Positions 32,031 through 38,390 of a stretch of DNA of 38,390 nucleotides are shown one piece after another. The notes below the pieces were generated by a model that ran no database searches, had not been told where the DNA came from, and was given only the letters and a program-made list of their open reading frames with translations. This DNA is from Nanobdellota archaeon (GTDB taxonomy: Archaea; Nanobdellota; Nanobdellia; Pacearchaeales; GW2011-AR1), in contig DAOWJK010000011.1 of the NCBI GenBank assembly GCA_030640395.1, positions 1-38,390 of the forward strand, read 5' to 3'. Both the position numbers and the translations under genes were made by a program. Every line of letters begins with the position of its first letter. The stretch's first letter is position 1.

Positions 32031-32407
32031 CAAAAACCTCTTCTTCTTTATATTAAACTATTCATTACTAATAATTGAATTAAGCTCGTCTTCTAATCTA
32101 AAAGTGATTTCCATCAAACGACTTAATTCTTCTTCTACAAATTTTTTCTCTGCCATGTTGTCTTCCATTTTTGGAATTTCCAATAAAAACAGAAATCTTC
32201 TCTAACCTAAATTAATTTAGAAATTATTCAACTTAATTCAGGCAAAAAAGAAAATCTGAATTAAATTGAAACAGGTTTAATTGTAGCATAGACTAAGCCA
32301 AATATGCAATTCTTCCAACTTGCAAATCTTAGTCTATCACTCATAACCTCCTTAAGAAAATAAGGTTTATAATATTTGTGTTAAAAAATAAGTTCTCCTT
32401 ATATCTT

Positions 32408-33541
32408 TCATAATCCCTTTTTGCCCTCTATGTTTATATCTCCTCTCATAGAGGGTACATCCTTGGGTGCCCTCTTCCCAACCAACTCAACAAACCTCTC
32501 CTTAAATTTCTCCAAATCCTTAACCTTGACTCTAACACCAACAGCCCTCTCATGCCCCCCGCCAGTCGCCCCTTCCAAATCCTTAATCACTTCCAAAACA
32601 ATTTCCCTGACATTATCTCCTCTGACAGAAATATTCACCTTGTCTCCTGAAACATAAATCACAACAATAATCTTCCCAGGAAATTCATACCTCAGCCCAT
32701 TTGACAAATCAGAACTAATGCTCAGCTCTCCTCCATACTGAAAAAACAAAACCCCCCCCTCATTTTTCTGGGACTTCGCCTTCTCCAGCAATTTTTCATA
32801 TTTCTCATTTATCTCTTTAAATTTTTTATACATAGTCTGGTTATATTTGCTCTCTTCCAAAACCTCATAAGGCGTCCTGACCTTCATCAAAAACTTCAAC
32901 ATATTTACCACATTAGTTGTTCTGTCTTTTAATCCCGCATTAAAAATTCTCCCAATCTTCCCTATCTGAGATTTAAAATAAATCTCTTTAACATTTTTAG
33001 AATCAATAATCAAGTCAGGATATTTTTCTTTAAACTCAAAATAAAAATCAGGAACAAAATGATCAGAAATGCACCCAACAACTGCTATCCACAAATCCTG
33101 TTTTCTGTTAGTTATCTGATAACACAAAGCTGTAACAGGTTCATTTGTTTTCTCTTTATTTAACAGAGGATTATAATAATTAACAAAATCAGGAATATCG
33201 CTATTCTCATGATGGTCAATCCACACCACCGGAAGATTAACCTGCCGAACCTCTTTCAAAAATTCCTCAGAAACAACATGCCTGTCCAAAATAAAAATAT
33301 AATCTGCATTTAGTTCCATGACTTTTTTAAAATAATTTCCCGCGTCCGCAGACTTCATCGCAACACCTTTTCCCCTTCCAATATATCTCTGCAGCAAAAG
33401 AAAACTACAAAGCCCGTCCCCGTCATTATCAAAAAAGAAAATCGGATTCTGTGCTTTTTCCAAATGCTCCTGAACTTCTAAAATTTGTTTTTGAGTTAGC
33501 ATTTTAATTAAAAGCAAATGTGATTTAAAAACCTTCAACAA
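32408..33541 (-). CDS. DHH/DHHA1 family phosphoesterase (RecJ-like)
   Basis: 377 aa. DNDGDG, IFILD, WIDHH and GGGHERAVG motifs. The last 20 or so residues are encoded by an element copy. Confidence 0.75.
   Translation of the reverse strand: MLKVFKSHLLLIKMLTQKQILEVQEHLEKAQNPIFFFDNDGDGLCSFLLLQRYIGRGKGVAMKSADAGNYFKKVMELNADYIFILDRHVVSEEFLKEVRQVNLPVVWIDHHENSDIPDFVNYYNPLLNKEKTNEPVTALCYQITNRKQDLWIAVVGCISDHFVPDFYFEFKEKYPDLIIDSKNVKEIYFKSQIGKIGRIFNAGLKDRTTNVVNMLKFLMKVRTPYEVLEESKYNQTMYKKFKEINEKYEKLLEKAKSQKNEGGVLFFQYGGELSISSDLSNGLRYEFPGKIIVVIYVSGDKVNISVRGDNVREIVLEVIKDLEGATGGGHERAVGVRVKVKDLEKFKERFVELVGKRAPKDVPSMRGDINIEGKKGL
32421..32470 (-). repeat. in-frame two-hairpin element, copy 6 (forms the C-terminus of the DHH protein)
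   Basis: + strand: TTG-CCCTCTATG-tttatatctcctct-CATAGAGGG-TACATCC-tt-GGGTGC. Stem at 32424-32432/32447-32455. Translated as APKDVPSMRGDINIEGK, followed only by KGL and the stop codon. Confidence 0.8.
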
Positions 33542-34616
33542 CTTCAGTTCCTAATTTCTTATATCCAAAAAAATCAGTTGTATAATTATAAGCCCCGGCA
33601 TTTAAAAAAACAATTTTATCCCCAACTTTTGGATTTTGCAATTTCACCTTATATCTAAAAATATCATCCCGCGTCGGGGAGTTTCCTTTAATTAAATAAA
33701 ATTTCCTGCCCCGTAATTCCGTACTTTGGGGTACACCAGGCGGTGCTGATTCATCATCCTCAAACTCTCCTTCAATAAGCATTTTTGTGCCAGTTAAAAT
33801 AGTGTCCAACGCACAATTATAAATCGTGGTATTAATCACAATATTGTTTTCCTGAATCTGAATAATTTCTGTCTTAAGTTTTATGCAAGGTGCAGCAAAA
33901 AATCTCCCTGGTTCAATATATGTTTCAATATTATATTCCTTTAAAAATTCTTTTGCATTTGTTATTTTTTTAAAAATATAAACCAGCACTTCTGAAACAT
34001 AACTCCGATATTTCGTCGGAAGCCCACCACCAATATTCAAAAAATCAATCCTCTCCAAACTTTCTTTTGTCAAAGAATCTTCTAACTCTTCTTTAATTTC
34101 CCACTCACTCGTATTTTGCGACTTTCTATGAATATGAACTCCAAGCTTTTCAATAAAAACATTATCTTTAATCCTCGCTATTATCTCGTTTATTTTTTTT
34201 GAAGCCATACCATAAACAAAATATTTCCCAGAACCAATCCTATGCTCCTGAAATTTCATTCTCAAAGAAAGATTAATTTTTATTTTTTCTTCTTCAATCA
34301 CATTCAAAACTCTCTCCAAATCAACTTCATTATCAACAACAAAATTTTTTATTCCCTTTTTTAAAATTTCTTTTAATTCTTCTTCTGGCTCTGCCTGAGT
34401 AAAAAACCAAATCCTTGACTTATCCTTAATCATATCTATTTCCTCTTTGGCATGAATTGAAAAATCACAATCAGAAATTTCCTGCAAAACATTTCCAACT
34501 TCCCTGTTGGTTTTATAAGAGTAAGAAATTTTTAATCCAAGATTTTTTAGAGTTTTTACTTGTTCTAAGAGTTTGGATTTTGAGAGGATGAATTTAGCTT
34601 CCATAACAAAAAACAA
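33525..34616 (-). CDS. type III PLP-dependent decarboxylase (Orn/DAP/Arg decarboxylase family 2)
   Basis: 363 aa. The PLP-lysine context SYSYKTN (compare YA.KAN) and NIGGGLP motifs. Overlaps the DHH gene start by 17 nt. Carries an in-frame element copy. Confidence 0.7.
   Translation of the reverse strand: MFFVMEAKFILSKSKLLEQVKTLKNLGLKISYSYKTNREVGNVLQEISDCDFSIHAKEEIDMIKDKSRIWFFTQAEPEEELKEILKKGIKNFVVDNEVDLERVLNVIEEEKIKINLSLRMKFQEHRIGSGKYFVYGMASKKINEIIARIKDNVFIEKLGVHIHRKSQNTSEWEIKEELEDSLTKESLERIDFLNIGGGLPTKYRSYVSEVLVYIFKKITNAKEFLKEYNIETYIEPGRFFAAPCIKLKTEIIQIQENNIVINTTIYNCALDTILTGTKMLIEGEFEDDESAPPGVPQSTELRGRKFYLIKGNSPTRDDIFRYKVKLQNPKVGDKIVFLNAGAYNYTTDFFGYKKLGTEVVEGF
33707..33746 (-). repeat. in-frame two-hairpin element, copy 7 (in PLP decarboxylase)
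   Basis: + strand: TGCCCC-GTA-attccg-TAC-ttt-GGGG-TACACC-aggc-GGTGC. The 24-mer at 33722-33745 is identical to 15165-15188. Translated as APPGVPQSTELRG. Confidence 0.8.
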
Positions 34617-34672
34617 GATAGAGTGTATTTAAGGTTTTTGTGTGGGGGAATTTTAGGGTTTAGAAAAACAAA

Positions 34673-35821
34673 TTAAATCCAAAATCCATCTAAGGTTAGT
34701 TTCCTTACTCTTTCCCCAAAATTCTCGTCTTTAAATTTTAAGGCAGTTATCTCTTTATTATTCATTACAAAACCATCAACATTTTTTGCTTCAATTTCTT
34801 TTAATACACTTTCTTTTGTCCAATATTTTCCATTTGCATCAGAAGATAATCTTTCACATTTTCCAAGATTTATGTAAAAATTTGCTTCTTCTTTTATATT
34901 TTCAAAAGATAATTTTTTATCATGATAATAATTCCAAACATTACCTCTTTTAATTAAAGAAAGATCTTTGTTTTCTGCATAACCCAAAACACAGTTTCTA
35001 ATTTCATCTTCAGAATATACAAGATGGTACAAACTTCCCCCCGATTGTTTCTCATAAATTTTATCGTAGTTAATTTTTCCAACCAACATATTTTTATTTT
35101 TTCTTCTGAATTTCACTTTATCTAATTCATAAAAATTTGTTTCTGGCAAATCCTGGATAAATTTGTCTTCTCTTTCCCCAAACATTAACCCTGCTCTCCA
35201 ATTTTTCTTATTTAAAACTTCAATATTACAACTTGAAACAAATTCTATAAGTTTTTTCCCCTTTTTCTTTTTATCGAATTCAACTTTACACCACCACGGA
35301 TTTTCATATATCCCTGGCTTTTTTCCTTCTTTATTAGGATATCTTGGCTGGGCATAAGTATCAAATCCAATAATCGTTCCTTTCCAACCATAAGTATCCC
35401 AATTATTCTCACTTATTACTTTAATTCTATCTCTTATCTCAAGAGATTCAACTTCTATTTTTTTATCAAATACTTTTATTAGCTTTCTTTCTTTCTGTTT
35501 ATCATTCACTAACAACTTTTTATTTATGTCTTTTTCTTCTATTACATTTCCAAAGCAATCACTTACATATGTTTTGATAGGACTACTATAAGCATCAGAA
35601 TTAGCAGAATCCATTTTATGAAAATTTCTTTTAAGAGGTACAATTGAAGCACCATAAAACCTTTCCTCTTTACCCCATGTTTTATGCTCTACCCAATCGG
35701 TGGCTTTTTTCGTTGCCCCTTTTATGCTATCAAATGATTCGATCTCTCCCCCACCATGCACTAATCCATCAGAGTCTCCATTCTTATACCTAAGTAATAT
35801 GCCATACTTTTTCCCTTTCAT
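34673..35821 (-). CDS. hypothetical protein
   Basis: 382-aa ORF, Lys/Asn/Trp-rich. No motif recognised. Confidence 0.45.
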   Translation of the reverse strand: MKGKKYGILLRYKNGDSDGLVHGGGEIESFDSIKGATKKATDWVEHKTWGKEERFYGASIVPLKRNFHKMDSANSDAYSSPIKTYVSDCFGNVIEEKDINKKLLVNDKQKERKLIKVFDKKIEVESLEIRDRIKVISENNWDTYGWKGTIIGFDTYAQPRYPNKEGKKPGIYENPWWCKVEFDKKKKGKKLIEFVSSCNIEVLNKKNWRAGLMFGEREDKFIQDLPETNFYELDKVKFRRKNKNMLVGKINYDKIYEKQSGGSLYHLVYSEDEIRNCVLGYAENKDLSLIKRGNVWNYYHDKKLSFENIKEEANFYINLGKCERLSSDANGKYWTKESVLKEIEAKNVDGFVMNNKEITALKFKDENFGERVRKLTLDGFWI

Positions 35822-35966
35822 TTTTTCTTACCACTATTTAGTTAATACTCTTAAGTAACTCATCTTAATATAACTTTCTACCAATTTTTACACAATCCAT
35901 TAAAATCTTTTGTCTTATTTCACTTAAATTAGTAAGATTTAAAAACATCTTATTATTTATCAAAAT

Positions 35967-36932
35967 ATGAAAAAATTAAAATTAGATAAAATAGATAGGA
36001 AATTGCTCAGTTATATTTTCCATAATTTTAGAACACCTATAACACAGATTGCGAAAAAATGCAGAATTTCAAGAGAACAGGCAGAATACAGAATTAAAAA
36101 ATACGAGAAATCTGGATTAATTAATAAATATCTTGCTGGAATTAATTTGCACGCACTTGGTTATGACAAAAATTATATTATTAAATTAAGGGTGAAAAAT
36201 CCCCAGATAAAAAAATTAGCAGAAATAGATAATCTAAAAAACATTTTAATATTCACGCGGGTGTCTTGTTATGGGCAATGGGATTACATGGTGTCGGTTT
36301 TTGCGAAAGATAAAACAAGTATTTTAGAATTTATTTCTTATCTTTATGAATTATGGAAACATGAATTATCAGACTATGAAATTCTTGAGCCAATTGAAAT
36401 CCATTATTTCCCGTTAAAAATTTTTGGAAAAACAGAACATGATAAAACTTTAAGTTATACAGAAAGCAGACAAATTGTTTTAGATGATTTAGATAAAAAA
36501 ATATTATCTATCCTTGCAGAAAATGCAAACATAAAAATTGTTGAATTAGCGCACAAAGTTAACTCAAAAATTGAAACAATAAATTATCGTCTAAAGCGTA
36601 TTGAAAAAAATATGATTCTTGGTTACAGAATTTTTCTTAATCTTGATGTAATTGGATATAATTTAACTTTAATGAATATTAAGATGAATAATTTGTCCAA
36701 GTCCTTTCAAAATAAACTTCTAACTTATGCTAAACAAAGAGACAGAGTTCATGCTTTTTCTTTAAGCGTTGGAAAATTCAGCACCGCATTTCAGATAATT
36801 TATAAAAATTCTGAAGAACTTAAAAAAGAAATTAATAAAATAAAAGAAACTTTTGCAGAGAATTTAATTGAATATGAATTAATTAATATTGAAAAAGAGT
36901 TAAATCCCAAGATGTTGCCTGATATTTTTTAG
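35967..36932 (+). CDS. tandem-duplicated Lrp/AsnC-type transcriptional regulator
   Basis: 321 aa with two HTH_AsnC-like N-terminal modules: LDKIDRKLLSYIFHNFRTPITQIAKKCRISREQAEYRIKKYEKSGLI and LDDLDKKILSILAENANIKIVELAHKVNSKIETINYRLKRIEKNMIL. Confidence 0.6.
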   Translation: MKKLKLDKIDRKLLSYIFHNFRTPITQIAKKCRISREQAEYRIKKYEKSGLINKYLAGINLHALGYDKNYIIKLRVKNPQIKKLAEIDNLKNILIFTRVSCYGQWDYMVSVFAKDKTSILEFISYLYELWKHELSDYEILEPIEIHYFPLKIFGKTEHDKTLSYTESRQIVLDDLDKKILSILAENANIKIVELAHKVNSKIETINYRLKRIEKNMILGYRIFLNLDVIGYNLTLMNIKMNNLSKSFQNKLLTYAKQRDRVHAFSLSVGKFSTAFQIIYKNSEELKKEINKIKETFAENLIEYELINIEKELNPKMLPDIF

Positions 36933-37900
36933 TCAGCTTTCAACAACCCCTCCTCCTTCATTTTATCCAAAACACTGCACATCATTAAAGGAAAAGTTAT
37001 GCAAACATCCCCATTAACTGTCGCTGCTTCTGCGTCGTCTTTTAATTTTCCCCATGACTTTGCTTCTTGTGTTGTTGCTCCACTTAAACTTCCTGACGAA
37101 GCGTGCGAAGTTGTCATATAAACAGCATAATCAAAACCTCCGCTTAACAAAGCTGCAAAAATTGCATAATGTTTTGAAGTGCTTCCTCCAAGAGAAATCA
37201 AGGCTTTTTTCTCATCAAAACTTAAATCAGTCACAACTCTCTGCATGTCCTGAATAGTATCTACAATAAAATCATCATGCTTTTGTTGAAACATAAATAA
37301 TTGAAACCCAAAACTTGAGTCAGCAATGCCCGGGCAATAAATTGGGATATTATTTTTCGCTGCCTGATACAGAATTGAATTTTCATCTTCAATTAATAGT
37401 CCAATTTCTTTTAATAATTCAGAAGTGGAAATTCGTTTTTGTTTTTTATAAATCTTTGATAAAAATTCGTTCATTTTATCTTCAAACTTCATATAACTTT
37501 CATTTCTTATTAACAAATTTCCAACTCTATTTTCTCCTCGTTCGTGCATTGCGGTATCATCTGCATAAAAATTCGAAAGTTCAAAATCTTCTCCAAAAGA
37601 TTTCATGATGTCTTCTTCAATTGCCCCTGAAGTTGTTACCAAAATATTTGAAATTTTGAGTTTGCATAATTGCGCGAAGAAACCCCGAAGTCCGGAAGTA
37701 ACCATATTAGAAGTAAATGTTAAAAAAACTTTAGCCCCTGCTCTTTTCATTTTTAAAACAACCTTCACAGCCTCATTTAATTCAATTGCCTGATACCCAA
37801 GAGAACCAAAACTATCCACACATTCTTTCACACTCATATTCGGCTTCCACAAAAAATCCTTTACTTTTTTCATTTTTGGTTCCTCCAAAAAGGAAAACAT
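36929..37900 (-). CDS. dys: deoxyhypusine synthase
   Basis: 323 aa. Patterns LTFTSNMVTSGLRG, GAIEEDI, IPIYCPGI.DS and GGS.SKH are typical of DHS. 4-nt overlap with the convergent Lrp-like ORF end. Confidence 0.85.
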   Translation of the reverse strand: MFSFLEEPKMKKVKDFLWKPNMSVKECVDSFGSLGYQAIELNEAVKVVLKMKRAGAKVFLTFTSNMVTSGLRGFFAQLCKLKISNILVTTSGAIEEDIMKSFGEDFELSNFYADDTAMHERGENRVGNLLIRNESYMKFEDKMNEFLSKIYKKQKRISTSELLKEIGLLIEDENSILYQAAKNNIPIYCPGIADSSFGFQLFMFQQKHDDFIVDTIQDMQRVVTDLSFDEKKALISLGGSTSKHYAIFAALLSGGFDYAVYMTTSHASSGSLSGATTQEAKSWGKLKDDAEAATVNGDVCITFPLMMCSVLDKMKEEGLLKAD

Positions 37901-38152
37901 GAAAATCTTTTGTTCGAAACTGAAATTTCGGACAAATGAAAATTCTTGAATTTACTTTGATTTTCTTTTTTCATATTATTAATCTAAAATTTAATAAGGC
38001 AGAACTATTTTTATAAAATCGGTATTGCCAAACTCTCGCTAAACCATTGAATATTCATATTTTTTAAAAAATAAATTAGTTTTTAAGACTTTCTAAAAGT
38101 TATATTCCAGTATCAAAATCTTTTTAAACAAAAATCCCCAAGAAATATTACA

Positions 38153-38356
38153 ATGAATAAATGGATTGAACTCTTGGTTGGATTAATCTTAGTAAACGCC
38201 GTGATATTCTTTGCATGGTTTTCAGGTGAATGGTTCGGAGCATTCTGGAACTTCAAGCACGCCACATGGGAATTTCTCAAAGGCGGAGTAGTCTGGCTCT
38301 TATTAATGATAGGTTTTCTTTTGATTGTTTTGGGAATTAGCGATTTGAAAGATTAA
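38153..38356 (+). CDS. small two-TM membrane protein
   Basis: 67 aa with two hydrophobic helices. No family recognised. Confidence 0.4.
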   Translation: MNKWIELLVGLILVNAVIFFAWFSGEWFGAFWNFKHATWEFLKGGVVWLLLMIGFLLIVLGISDLKD

Positions 38357-38390
38357 TTTTAATTCTAAAGTATCCACTATGAATTAAAAA

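Noticed and set aside
32031-32407. Replication origin, suggested by an AT-rich intergenic region with inverted repeats
   Set aside because: No orc1/cdc6 gene nearby and no repeated ORB-like boxes. The inverted repeats are three different sequences.
1-38390. CRISPR arrays, rRNA genes, transposases, integrases or prophage genes
   Set aside because: Scanned by eye. There are no regularly spaced direct repeats and no rRNA-like conserved stretches. No DDE, HUH, tyrosine or serine recombinase motifs appear in any ORF of the track.

Overview
Gene-dense, very AT-rich archaeal chromosomal segment. Archaeal origin is read from aIF1A, aIF2-beta, GatDE, deoxyhypusine synthase and archaeal-type AspRS/ProRS; a small-genome DPANN-like lineage is only an inference from the AT richness and gene content. 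Most genes are housekeeping: translation initiation factors, FtsZ, the full tRNA-dependent amidation machinery (GatA, GatB, a GatC-like ORF, GatD, GatE, AspRS, tRNA-Asn), ProRS, Taw3, deoxyhypusine synthase and two tRNAs. They are interspersed with secreted Cys-rich surface proteins, a RelE-like toxin-antitoxin pair and many hypothetical ORFs. Two things stand out. (1) A family of GC-rich, 40-76 nt, two-hairpin elements is embedded in frame and in sense orientation at seven sites in six unrelated genes: taw3, an MBL hydrolase, gatA (twice), gatE, a DHH phosphoesterase and a PLP decarboxylase. An eighth, degenerate candidate lies in aspS. The nucleotide core is conserved but is read in two different reading frames, and the variable stem shows compensatory changes. 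(2) Two paralogous, structured, GC-rich RNA regions of about 170-185 nt abut the start codons of two unrelated genes. They share long sequence blocks in rearranged order and a competing 8-mer pairing arrangement. No CRISPR array, rRNA, transposase or integrase was seen. All protein calls rest on motifs recognised by eye; no database search was run.
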